Assembly (NCBI GenBank): GCA_001771985.1
Contig: MERG01000052.1
Location: 11,613-47,478 of the forward strand
Reading direction: 5' to 3'
Length of the DNA stretch: 35,866 bases
Source: Betaproteobacteria bacterium RIFCSPLOWO2_12_FULL_62_13
Lineage (GTDB): Bacteria > Pseudomonadota > Gammaproteobacteria > Burkholderiales > SG8-41
A program made the position numbers and the translations under genes. Shown here piece by piece: positions 19,013 to 28,746 of this stretch (its first letter is position 1; the number at the start of each line of letters is the position of its first letter). The notes below the pieces were generated by a model. The model was not told the origin of the DNA, ran no database searches, and worked only from the letters and a program-made list of their open reading frames with translations.

Positions 19013-19028
19013 TGGTATGCATCCTGCT
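19013..19028 (+). promoter_or_regulatory. Sigma54 (-24/-12) promoter
   Basis: TGGTATGCATCCTGCT has GG (19014-15), N10, GC (19026-27), about 40 bp before the start codon of the ABC substrate-binding gene. Confidence 0.7.
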
Positions 19029-19067
19029 TGGGACACGGCATCGGAAACCTAAAGGACTGGAGAGATC

Positions 19068-20444
19068 ATGATGTCAGCATTCAACGATCCGTATGACCCG
19101 AACGTGCCGCTGTCCTGCCATTGCAGTTGCGGCCGCCACGCCACGCAAGCAGCACATGAGCGTGACCTGGAGGCGTCGAACGGCGACGGCGAGTCGCTTG
19201 CCGGACGAGCAGTTGAGTCGGCAATTGTCCGCGCGCTGTTGCCGCAGGATGCGCTGCGCCGCCGGTTTCTGGAGGCGGTAGGCGCAGGCACCGCGATGGC
19301 GGCTATCTCGACCTTCTTCCCGGTGGGTGCCGCCAAGGAGGTTTTTGCCGAGGACGCCGGCAAGATCGAAAAGACCAAGCTCAAAGTGGGCTTCATTCCG
19401 ATCACTTGTGCGACACCGATCATCATGGCGCACCCGATGGGCTTCTACTCGAGGCACGGTCTTGACGTCGAGGTGGTGAAAACCGCGGGCTGGGCGGTGG
19501 TCCGTGACAAAACGCTCAACAAGGAGTACGACGCCGCGCACATGCTCTCGCCCATGCCGCTCGCGATTACGCTCGGCGCCGGCGCGCAGCCGATTCCCTA
19601 CACCATGCCTGCAGTGGAGAACATAAACGGCCAGGCGATCACGCTCGCCATCAGGCACAAGGAGAAGCGCGACCCGAAACAGTGGAAGGGCTTCAAGTTT
19701 GCCGTGCCCTTCGATTACTCGATGCACAATTACCTGCTGCGCTATTATGTGGCGGAGTACGGGCTCGATCCGGACAGGGACATTCAGATCCGCGTGGTTC
19801 CGCCGCCCGAGATGGTGGCGAACCTGCGCGCGGACAACATCGACGGCTTTCTGGCGCCCGACCCGGTGAACCAGCGTGCGGTCTATGACGGCGTCGGCTT
19901 CATTCATACGCTGTCGAAAGACATCTGGGAAGGGCACCCGTGCTGTGCGTTCGCCGCGAGCAGGGAGTTCGTCACCCAGACGCCGAATACCTACCGTGCT
20001 CTGCTCAAGGCGATCATCGACGCGACCGCGTTCGCGCGCAAACCGGAGAACCGCAAGCAGATTGCGGAAGCAATCGCGCCCGCCAATTATCTCAACCAGC
20101 CGGTGACCGTAGTCGAGCAGGTGCTGACCGTAACTTTCGCCGACGGGCTCGGCAACGTGCGAAAAGTGCCCGACCGCATTGACTTCGATCCGTTCCCTTG
20201 GCACTCGTTCGCCGTCTGGATCCTGACCCAGATGAAGCGTTGGGGGCAGGTGAAGGGCGATTTCAGCTACGAAAAAGTCGCACGCGAGGTGTTTCTCGCG
20301 ACCGACACGGCGAAGCTCATGAAAGAGCTAGGGCTCGCGCCGCCAGCGGCCACATCCAAGAAGTTCACGGTGATGAAGAAGGAATTCGACCCGGCGAAGC
20401 CGGACGCCTACCTCGCCAGTTTCGCGATCAAGAGAGCGGCATGA
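19068..20444 (+). CDS. cynA: CmpA/NrtA/CynA-family ABC substrate-binding protein, probably for cyanate
   Basis: Tat-like RRRFL, KVGFIPITCATP, AVENINGQAIT, PFDYSMHNYLLRY, GHPCC. Clustered with cyanase. Confidence 0.85.
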   Translation: MMSAFNDPYDPNVPLSCHCSCGRHATQAAHERDLEASNGDGESLAGRAVESAIVRALLPQDALRRRFLEAVGAGTAMAAISTFFPVGAAKEVFAEDAGKIEKTKLKVGFIPITCATPIIMAHPMGFYSRHGLDVEVVKTAGWAVVRDKTLNKEYDAAHMLSPMPLAITLGAGAQPIPYTMPAVENINGQAITLAIRHKEKRDPKQWKGFKFAVPFDYSMHNYLLRYYVAEYGLDPDRDIQIRVVPPPEMVANLRADNIDGFLAPDPVNQRAVYDGVGFIHTLSKDIWEGHPCCAFAASREFVTQTPNTYRALLKAIIDATAFARKPENRKQIAEAIAPANYLNQPVTVVEQVLTVTFADGLGNVRKVPDRIDFDPFPWHSFAVWILTQMKRWGQVKGDFSYEKVAREVFLATDTAKLMKELGLAPPAATSKKFTVMKKEFDPAKPDAYLASFAIKRAA

Positions 20445-21289
20445 GCATGCGCGGCTTCGCAACCTGGCGCGCGCCGGCACTTTCTCTGCTGCTGTTCCTG
20501 CTGTTCGTGGGGGTATGGCACGCAGCGACGCTCCCGACCGTGGGTCAGCAGACGGTGGACCCTGAATATGCCAAGCTCGTGGGCGCAGCGGCCGCCACCG
20601 GACAGAAGACGGCGTTTCCCACACCGGCGGATATGGCCGCAAAGATCTGGACGCACCTGCAAGAGCCGTTCTACGACCGGGGGCCGAACGACAAGGGCGT
20701 CGGCGTCCAGCTCGCCTATTCGCTTGCGCGCGTGCTCCTCGGTTTCCTTCTCGCGGCGCTGGTGGCTATCCCGGTCGGTTTCCTGATCGGCATGTCGCCA
20801 CTCGTCTACCGGGCGCTCGACCCGTTCATCCAGGTGCTCAAGCCGATCTCGCCGCTCGCCTGGATGCCGCTGGCGCTGTTCACGTTGAAGGACAGCGGCG
20901 TATCGGCCGTATTCGTGATCTTCATCTGCTCGCTGTGGCCGATGCTGGTCAATACCGCATTCGGCGTGGCTGCGGTGCGCCACGAGTGGCTGAACGTCGC
21001 AAGAACACTCGAAGTCGGGCCCTTCAGGAAAGCGTTCCGCGTGATCCTGCCGGCGGCAGCGCCCACCATCATGACCGGCATGCGCATTTCAATCGGCATC
21101 GCATGGCTGGTGATTGTCGCCGCCGAGATGCTGGTGGGCGGCACCGGAATCGGCTACTTCGTGTGGAACGAGTGGAACAATCTCTCGATCACCAACATCC
21201 TGACGGCGATCCTCGCCATTGGGCTGGTCGGCATGGCGCTCGACCAGATCCTCGCGCGGCTCACGCGCCTGGTGACCTTTCCGGAGTAA
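20441..21289 (+). CDS. cynB: NtrB/CynB-type ABC permease
   Basis: PFYDRGPNDKG.G.QL..SL.RV, LKPISPLAWMP, AWLVIVAAEML.GG.GIG.FVWNEWN. ATGA overlap with the upstream gene. Confidence 0.85.
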   Translation: MSMRGFATWRAPALSLLLFLLFVGVWHAATLPTVGQQTVDPEYAKLVGAAAATGQKTAFPTPADMAAKIWTHLQEPFYDRGPNDKGVGVQLAYSLARVLLGFLLAALVAIPVGFLIGMSPLVYRALDPFIQVLKPISPLAWMPLALFTLKDSGVSAVFVIFICSLWPMLVNTAFGVAAVRHEWLNVARTLEVGPFRKAFRVILPAAAPTIMTGMRISIGIAWLVIVAAEMLVGGTGIGYFVWNEWNNLSITNILTAILAIGLVGMALDQILARLTRLVTFPE

Positions 21290-21376
21290 ACGGTGAACAG
21301 TGAACAGCAAACAGTGAGGGCGACCACAACCCGGAAAGCGGATCGTACCGTTCACAGTTTACCGTTCACGCTTCAC
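21286..21376. repeat. Pair of inverted 7-bp arrays inside the ABC operon
   Basis: gtaaacg-gtgaaca-gtgaaca-gcaaaca (21286-21313) and cgttcac-agtttac-cgttcac-gcttcac (21349-21376). Confidence 0.88.
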
Positions 21377-21387
21377 GGATTCTGGTC

Positions 21388-22320
21388 ATGAACGATCACC
21401 TGATCAAGATCGAAGGTATCGCCAAGCGCTTCGGCGGGCGCGACGGCGCGGAAACCACGGTATTCGAGAACGTTCATTTCGCGATCGAGCAGGGCGAGTT
21501 CGTGTGCCTGATCGGTCATTCCGGCTGCGGCAAGACGACGATCCTCAATATCCTTGCCGGACTCGAGCCAGCCTCCGACGGTTACGTTTTCGTTGGTGGA
21601 CGCGAGATCCGGGGGCCAAGCCTCGATCGCGCCGTGATCTTCCAGAGCCACGCGCTATTGCCGTGGTTGACTGTCATGGGGAACATCGCTTTTGCGGTGA
21701 GTTCCCGCTGGCCCGAGTGGGACAAGGCGAGAATGCGCACCCACTGCCAGAAATACATCGATCTCGTGAACCTCGCCGGCGCCGAGAAGAAGCGTCCGGC
21801 GGAGCTTTCCGGCGGTATGAGGCAGCGCGTCGGCATCGCGCGCGCGCTCGCGATTCAGCCAAAGATCCTGCTGATGGACGAGCCGTTCTCCGCGCTCGAC
21901 GCGCTGACGCGCGGCATGCTGCAGGAGGAGGTGCTGCGGATCTGCGCCGAGACGCGCCAGACCGTGTTCATGATCACTCACGACGTCGACGAAGCGATCC
22001 TGCTCGCGGACAAGATCATCCTCATGACCAACGGGCCGCACGCCAAGATCGCGGAGATCGTGGTCAACACCCTGCCGCGCAATCGCAGCCGGCACGATCT
22101 GCACCGGCATCCGCACTACTATCGCATTCGTAATCACCTGATCGAGTTCCTCGTCGACCGCTCGCGTGCGTTCGACCGGGAAACGGCCGCCGGCGACTAC
22201 GACCCGCGCAACCCGCCGCTCGTCGCTCCGGGATTGAGCGAAGTCGCCGAGGCGGCCGCGCACGCCGCGCCGCGGCCGCTGGCGAGCTCGCGCCCGATGG
22301 CGGTGGTGGTCACTCACTAG
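21388..22320 (+). CDS. cynD: NrtD/CynD-type ABC ATP-binding protein
   Basis: Walker A GHSGCGKT, LSGGMRQR signature, LLMDEPF Walker B, ITHD. Confidence 0.85.
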   Translation: MNDHLIKIEGIAKRFGGRDGAETTVFENVHFAIEQGEFVCLIGHSGCGKTTILNILAGLEPASDGYVFVGGREIRGPSLDRAVIFQSHALLPWLTVMGNIAFAVSSRWPEWDKARMRTHCQKYIDLVNLAGAEKKRPAELSGGMRQRVGIARALAIQPKILLMDEPFSALDALTRGMLQEEVLRICAETRQTVFMITHDVDEAILLADKIILMTNGPHAKIAEIVVNTLPRNRSRHDLHRHPHYYRIRNHLIEFLVDRSRAFDRETAAGDYDPRNPPLVAPGLSEVAEAAAHAAPRPLASSRPMAVVVTH

Positions 22321-22370
22321 AGTTCGAAACCCGCAACTCGTAACTCACAACTCAACTGAAGGAGAGACCG

Positions 22371-22871
22371 ATGAAAAAATCCGATGCACCCGAAGCGCTG
22401 CTCGCTGCGGCGAGTATGGCCAAACCCATGACGCGCGCCAATGTCACCGAAATGGTGGTGATGGCGAAGATCAAGAAGGGGCTCACCTGGACCAAGATGG
22501 CGAAAGCGATCGGCCAGAGCAAGGAATGGACGACGGCGGCGCTGCTGGGACAGATGCAGATGACGAAGCAGCAGGCCGAGGCTGCCGGCAAACTCCTCGG
22601 GCTGCCGGAAGACGCGCTACTGCTGCTGCAGCAAGTGCCGTACAAGGGATCGCTTCCGACCGCGGTGCCCACCGATCCGCTGATCTACCGTTTCTACGAG
22701 CTGGTCAACGTCTACGGCACTACCTTCAAGGAGCTCATTCACGAGGAGTTCGGCGACGGCATCATGAGCGCCATCGACTTCAAGATGGATCTCACTCGCG
22801 AGCCCGATCCCAAGGGCGATCGGGTCAAGATCACGATGAGTGGGAAGTACCTACCCTACAAGACCTATTAG
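22371..22871 (+). CDS. cynS: Cyanase (cyanate hydratase)
   Basis: PTDPLIYRFYE, ELIHEEFGDGIMSAIDF, GDRV.IT.SGKYLPY. AAGGAG RBS. Confidence 0.96.
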   Translation: MKKSDAPEALLAAASMAKPMTRANVTEMVVMAKIKKGLTWTKMAKAIGQSKEWTTAALLGQMQMTKQQAEAAGKLLGLPEDALLLLQQVPYKGSLPTAVPTDPLIYRFYELVNVYGTTFKELIHEEFGDGIMSAIDFKMDLTREPDPKGDRVKITMSGKYLPYKTY

Positions 22872-22900
22872 AGCGGACACGCAAGCGCGCCGTTTTGAAT

Positions 22901-22952
22901 GCGCGCGTTGGAGCGGACGGGTTGACTGCCGCTCAACGCGCGCTATTTGTTG
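22901..22952 (+). terminator. Long hairpin with U-rich tail after cynS
   Basis: gcgcgcgtt-g-gagcgg pairs with ccgctc-aacgcgcgc (22901-22943), followed by tatttgtt. Confidence 0.55.
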
Positions 22953-23079
22953 CTGTTATCCGGTTCTGTTGATCCTGAGGAATCCTGCAAGTCGCGTCCA
23001 TTGACGCCCTCATCCGCGTTCGGCGCTGCTCAATTCGTGCATCGCGTAGAATTGAGTTTTTGCAAGTCGTCACCCACGC

Positions 23080-24681
23080 ATGAACAATTCCATTCGCGGC
23101 ACGCGCGGCATGGCGGTTGCGCCTCACTCGGCTGCCGCGCAGTCCGCCCTCGCCGTGCTGCGCGAAGGTGGCAACGCGCTGGACGCAATGATCGCCGCCG
23201 CGGCGACCATTGCCGTTGTCTATCCGCATATGAACTCGATCGGCGGGGACAGCTTCTGGCTGATTTCAGTGCCCGGCAAGGCGCCCGGCGCGATTGATGC
23301 CTGCGGCGCGGCCGCGACGGCGGCTTCGATCGAGTGGTACCGCGAACGCGGCATCGAAGCGAGTATTCCGTTCCGGGGCGCCGTCGCTGCCAACACGGTG
23401 GCGGGCACCGGGTCGGGTTGGGGTGCGGCTTATCGGCTTTCGCGCCGTGCGCTTCGGGGCCGCATGCCGCTTTCACGCCTGCTCGAGGACGCGATCCACT
23501 ATGCCGAACACGGTATCGCGGTCACGGTGAGCCAGGCCGCCAGCACGGCGACCAGGCAGGCCGAGCTCGCGACGCAGCCGGGTTTCTCCGAGACATTTCT
23601 GGTCGGTGGAAAGTCGCCAGCGGCGGGCAGCTTATTCACCCAGAAACGCCTCGGGGCGGTGCTCAGGCGCATCGCCAGGATGGGTACCTATGATTTCTAC
23701 CAGGGCGATCTCGCGCGCTCGATAGCCGAAGACCTGGCGCGCGTCGGGAGCCCCATCAGCGCGGCTGACCTTGCCGCGCATCAGGCGCGGCTCACCGACC
23801 CGCTGGCACTTGCTCACAGCGCCGGGTCGCTCTACAACATGACGCCGCCCACGCAGGGACTGGTGTCGCTCTTGATCCTCGGTATTCTCGATCAGTTGGA
23901 GATCCAGCGCACCGGTACCGCCAGCGCCGAATACGTGCACCTGTGCGTGGAAGCGACCAAACAGGCATTTCGCGTGCGCGACCGATACATCACTGATCCA
24001 GCCTACATGACCGTCGACCCGCGTGAATTGCTCAAGCCGGAACATATCCGCGAACTTGCCGTCAAGATCGACCGGCACAAAGCCGTTCCGTGGGGCCCGG
24101 GCCGCCCGCCTTCTGACACCGTGTGGATGGGCGTCATCGATCGTGCCGGTCGTGCGGTGTCGTTCATTCAGAGCATCTATCACGAATTCGGTGCCGGGAT
24201 CGTGCTGAAGGATACGGGGATCAACTGGCAGAACCGCGGCTGCAGCTTTTCGCTCGACCGCCAGGCGCTCAACGCGCTCCAGCCGGGCCGCAAGCCGTTT
24301 CACACGCTCAATCCAGCGCTGGCGCGCCTCAAGGACGGGCGTGTCATGATCTACGGCACCATGGGCGGCGACGGTCAGCCACAGACGCAATGCGCCGTTT
24401 TCACGCGTACTGTCGCTTTCGGCATGGACCCGCAATCAGCAGTGAACGCGCCGCGCTGGCTGCTGGGGCGCGCCTGGGGACTGCCGAGCGATACCCTCAA
24501 GCTGGAGTCGCGCTTCGACGCCGGCATCGCAAAAGCGCTCGGCGAGTGGGGCCACGAGGTCGAGATCCTCCAGCCTTACGATGAGGCCGTGGGCCATGCG
24601 GGCGCCATCATCCGGCACCCGAACGGCGTGCTGGAAGGCGGGGCGGACCCGCGGAGCGACGGCGTCGTCGCGGCTTTTTAA
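23080..24681 (+). CDS. Gamma-glutamyltransferase-family Ntn hydrolase, HpxW (oxamate amidohydrolase)-like
   Basis: GMAVAPH..A.QSALAVLREGG, VVYPHMN..GGD.FWLI, DTVWMGVID (nucleophile Thr), SFIQSIYHEFG, YGTMGGDGQPQTQ, PRWLLGR.WG. Confidence 0.88.
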   Translation: MNNSIRGTRGMAVAPHSAAAQSALAVLREGGNALDAMIAAAATIAVVYPHMNSIGGDSFWLISVPGKAPGAIDACGAAATAASIEWYRERGIEASIPFRGAVAANTVAGTGSGWGAAYRLSRRALRGRMPLSRLLEDAIHYAEHGIAVTVSQAASTATRQAELATQPGFSETFLVGGKSPAAGSLFTQKRLGAVLRRIARMGTYDFYQGDLARSIAEDLARVGSPISAADLAAHQARLTDPLALAHSAGSLYNMTPPTQGLVSLLILGILDQLEIQRTGTASAEYVHLCVEATKQAFRVRDRYITDPAYMTVDPRELLKPEHIRELAVKIDRHKAVPWGPGRPPSDTVWMGVIDRAGRAVSFIQSIYHEFGAGIVLKDTGINWQNRGCSFSLDRQALNALQPGRKPFHTLNPALARLKDGRVMIYGTMGGDGQPQTQCAVFTRTVAFGMDPQSAVNAPRWLLGRAWGLPSDTLKLESRFDAGIAKALGEWGHEVEILQPYDEAVGHAGAIIRHPNGVLEGGADPRSDGVVAAF

Positions 24682-24772
24682 AGTCCGACCGCCAAGACAT
24701 GCGCTCGTTCGTGTTGCGGCTGGCGCACGAGTGCTGTCGGGCGTGCACCCGCAATAATCGGCGCCAATAAGG

Positions 24773-24802
24773 AAAAAAGGGCAGCCGAAGCTGCCCTTTC
24801 TT
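24773..24802. terminator. Bidirectional intrinsic terminator between the GGT-like gene and rpmE
   Basis: aaaaaa-gggcagc-cgaa-gctgccc-tttctt. Confidence 0.85.
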
Positions 24803-24816
24803 GGGTGAGATGAAGC

Positions 24817-25050
24817 TTACGCAGCGGCGGATTTGGGTTTGGGCGTAGCCTTGCTCGCGTATTTCTTGCGGAACTTCTCGACGCGACCGGCGGTGTCAAC
24901 GATTTTCTGCTTGCCGGTGTAGAACGGGTGGCAGGCCGAGCATACCTCGACGTGCAAGTCCTTACCGAGCGTCGAGCGGGTGATCCACGAGTTACCGCAA
25001 CTGCACGTGACCGTTATCTCTCTATATCCAGGGTGAATTTTCGCTTTCAT
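24817..25050 (-). CDS. rpmE: 50S ribosomal protein L31 (zinc-binding type A)
   Basis: [45 protein letters not shown]. Confidence 0.96.
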   Translation of the reverse strand: MKAKIHPGYREITVTCSCGNSWITRSTLGKDLHVEVCSACHPFYTGKQKIVDTAGRVEKFRKKYASKATPKPKSAAA

Positions 25051-25119
25051 GGGAGCTCCTTGATGCGGCCGGGCCCGTCTCGGGAGATATGGAAACGCGC
25101 GAATTATCAACGATTTCAC

Positions 25120-25599
25120 TCAACGAAGCAAGGGCCGCTGTCCCGGCGCCCAGTTTTCCAGCAGCACGCAGCAGGCGAGCAGTTCCCGACGTCCGATCCG
25201 TGCATCTGTCAGCGCAAAGTGAGAATACCCGCTGAGCACATTCAGCGACACGAAGTAGATTTCGCCGGGGCGCACTTCGACCTGGATGCGGCCCGCATCG
25301 TAGCCGACTCCGTGCAAAAGGTGTTTTCCTGGACGCACGTCAACCCGGAAGAAACCGCCGGGGAGCGTGGCGCCGATCAGACGGTTGTCCATGTAGAGCA
25401 CGGTGTCGGCCCCGTTTCCGCCCCGGTCATGGCGGTAGACGTAGATTGCGGCGGTCGCCGGATGCGAGACGAATTGTTTCGCCTCACCGTCACGCACAGG
25501 CGAGGCTTGCGGGGTAGACGCGCAACCGCCCAGCAGCGTGAGCGGCAGGATCAAAGCCGGCAGTCTTGTGAGGATGACCAGCACGGAAAAATACTCCAA
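25120..25599 (-). CDS. DUF2846-like lipoprotein
   Basis: LLGGC lipobox, then D.EAKQF....ATAAIYVYR and IGAT.PG.FFR.DV.PGKH. The true start is probably a few codons inside this ORF. Confidence 0.7.
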   Translation of the reverse strand: MEYFSVLVILTRLPALILPLTLLGGCASTPQASPVRDGEAKQFVSHPATAAIYVYRHDRGGNGADTVLYMDNRLIGATLPGGFFRVDVRPGKHLLHGVGYDAGRIQVEVRPGEIYFVSLNVLSGYSHFALTDARIGRRELLACCVLLENWAPGQRPLLR

Positions 25600-25753
25600 G
25601 AGCGCGCCATACGCCGATTATAACGGCGCCTCCGCTACGTGCGCCGGTCGGTTCGCAACGCAGTACGGCCTGCCGGACGTGGTTTTCGTCTAGGGGCTCT
25701 GATCTCGGAGTGAGGCGCGCAAACCGGAGGGCCGCGAAAACGCCCCAAGAGTG

Positions 25754-26167
25754 CTACAGCAATTGGGCCTGTGCCACCAGCACGCGACCGTCCCGTTCAT
25801 GGATCTGCTCCAGGAAGCTGACTAGCGGGCCGGCGCGCAGGTCCCCAAATACGGTGTGCTGCACGAAATAAACCCTTCCCGCCGAGGTTTGCACGGTGAC
25901 AGACGCATTCGACGGAGCATACGCGGCGATACGATGCGAACCCGGTGTCACTTCCCAGCGGTAATAGGTACCAGCATAGGTCGTGATCTGCGCGCGGTCG
26001 CCGAGCCAAAGCGTCCCGCCAAACACTGAATCCACTTTGCTGCGCACGATGTAGATCACCGCCTTGTCGGGAAGGCTTTCAAATTTCTTGGCTTGAATAT
26101 CCTGCGGGCTTGGCGGCAGTTGCACACAGCCAGCAAGCACCAATGCGGACAGCAGTAATCGCCACAT
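25754..26167 (-). CDS. DUF2846-like lipoprotein
   Basis: MWR..VLAGC lipobox, D.QAKKFE..PDKAVIYIVR, GTYYRWEV.PGSH, AGRVYFVQ. AAGGAG RBS. Confidence 0.75.
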   Translation of the reverse strand: MWRLLLSALVLAGCVQLPPSPQDIQAKKFESLPDKAVIYIVRSKVDSVFGGTLWLGDRAQITTYAGTYYRWEVTPGSHRIAAYAPSNASVTVQTSAGRVYFVQHTVFGDLRAGPLVSFLEQIHERDGRVLVAQAQLL

Positions 26168-26187
26168 GGATCGCTCCTTCAGGTTGG

Positions 26188-26226
26188 TTAAGAGTTTGTC
26201 GCAGCTTAGTCCGACATACTCCCAAG
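26188..26226. mobile_element. Degenerate copy of the 2504-2540 MITE-like repeat
   Basis: gagtttgtcg ... cgacatactc is a 9/10 inverted match. The right end reverse-complements to tgggagtatgtcggact, compared with taggagtttgtcggact at 2505. Confidence 0.5.
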
Positions 26227-26512
26227 GTACGACGACCGAAAATCATACGCCTTGCGCCGTCCCTCAACTGCTGTAAACAGGAAAATGCTGCAAGTTATTC
26301 CTGCGTGACTCGGCTCCGCCACCCCGCGGACGCGGATGCCAAGGTCTTGAATTGGCGAGGAGTTCAAAGAATGAGTTGGCACCTGTTGTGGCTGCAGCGC
26401 ATGCCTTGGAGCCAGTACGCGCGCAATTTCAGATTCGTAACCGAAGGGAGCCGTAGGCGGGCGGGATTTTTTCGTTCCAGAGCGCTGTATCGAAGTGAGG
26501 CGAATGGGTTCG

Positions 26513-27772
<1,260 letters not shown>

Positions 27773-27899
27773 AGAGTGGTGGCGCTACATGCGGATGAAG
27801 CCAGGGAAAAGAATCGGGAGGAACGACACCCGCGCCTGAACCGTGCGTTTTCTGTATCGGGGCAGCCTGGTTCAGACGCTGGTGAAAAGGGTAGCGGTT

Positions 27900-28226
27900 T
27901 TAGATATGACTGTCAATAAAAGCGGTTAACTGGGATTTCGAAAGCGCGCCCACCTTGGTTGCTTCCACAGCACCGTTCTTGAAAAGCATCAGGGTCGGGA
28001 TGCCGCGGATGCCATACTTGGGCGGTGTCGCCTGGTTTTCGTCGATGTTGAGCTTCGCCACCTTCAGCCGGCCGGAGTATTCCTTTGCAACTTCGTCAAG
28101 AATCGGAGCGATCATCTTGCACGGGCCGCACCATTCCGCCCAGTAATCGACCAGGACTGGCGTGGGCGACTGTAGCACCTCCGGCTCAAAAGTATCGTCA
28201 GTAACGTAATGAATATGCTCGCTCAT
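27900..28226 (-). CDS. trxA: Thioredoxin 1
   Basis: [27 protein letters not shown]. Directly upstream of rho. Confidence 0.97.
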   Translation of the reverse strand: MSEHIHYVTDDTFEPEVLQSPTPVLVDYWAEWCGPCKMIAPILDEVAKEYSGRLKVAKLNIDENQATPPKYGIRGIPTLMLFKNGAVEATKVGALSKSQLTAFIDSHI

Positions 28227-28422
28227 GGGCAGTGCCTTGGCACAATTGGACGGAAACCGCCACAGAAAAGGTGGCAACGAGGACTTGTGGAACTCATGCT
28301 AACCAAATTTTCGGATATTGGGAAGCGCAATGGACTTCGCGGGGCCGCCGGCGCACCGATTCTGTTAAAATATGAGCTTCTGCCGCCAATTCAAGGGTCA
28401 ATCAATTTCCTGAAGGAATACT

Positions 28423-28746
28423 ATGACTTACGTTGTTACCGAGAGCTGCATCAAATGCAAATATACCGATTGCGTTGATGTGTGCCCGGTAGATTGCTTC
28501 CGTGAAGGCCCCAACATGCTCGTCATCGACCCCGACGAGTGCATCGACTGCACCCTTTGCGTCGCCGAGTGTCCGGTCGAAGCGATTTACGCGGAGGACG
28601 ACGTGCCCGACAACCAGCGCCACTGGACCCAGGTCAACGCCGAACTGGCAAAGGTCTGGAAGGCCATCATCGAAAAGAAGGATGCGCCGGCCGATGCCGA
28701 CGAATGGGCAAAAGTTAAGGAGAAGGAGCATCTGCTTGAGAAGTAG
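28423..28746 (+). CDS. fdxA: 7Fe-type ferredoxin
   Basis: [46 protein letters not shown]-terminal DADEW. 107 aa. Confidence 0.95.
   Translation: MTYVVTESCIKCKYTDCVDVCPVDCFREGPNMLVIDPDECIDCTLCVAECPVEAIYAEDDVPDNQRHWTQVNAELAKVWKAIIEKKDAPADADEWAKVKEKEHLLEK

Noticed and set aside
20128-20133. Val in EQVLTVTFADG of the binding protein, where Gly would be expected
   Set aside because: A single-base difference that could be polymorphism or sequencing error. There is no frameshift or stop, so it does not support a pseudogene call.
20198-20440. 81-aa N-terminal extension of the permease in the ORF track
   Set aside because: It overlaps the binding-protein gene in another frame. The ATG at 20441 gives a normal ATGA overlap.
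19068-22320. Nitrate assimilation (nrtABC/nasFED) call
   Set aside because: There is no nitrate or nitrite reductase or ANTAR regulator in the window, and direct linkage to cynS favours cyanate. Nitrite transport cannot be excluded.
26376-26395. Sigma54 promoter at ttggcacctgttgtggc
   Set aside because: The GG-to-GC spacing is 11 rather than 10, and no plus-strand gene follows.
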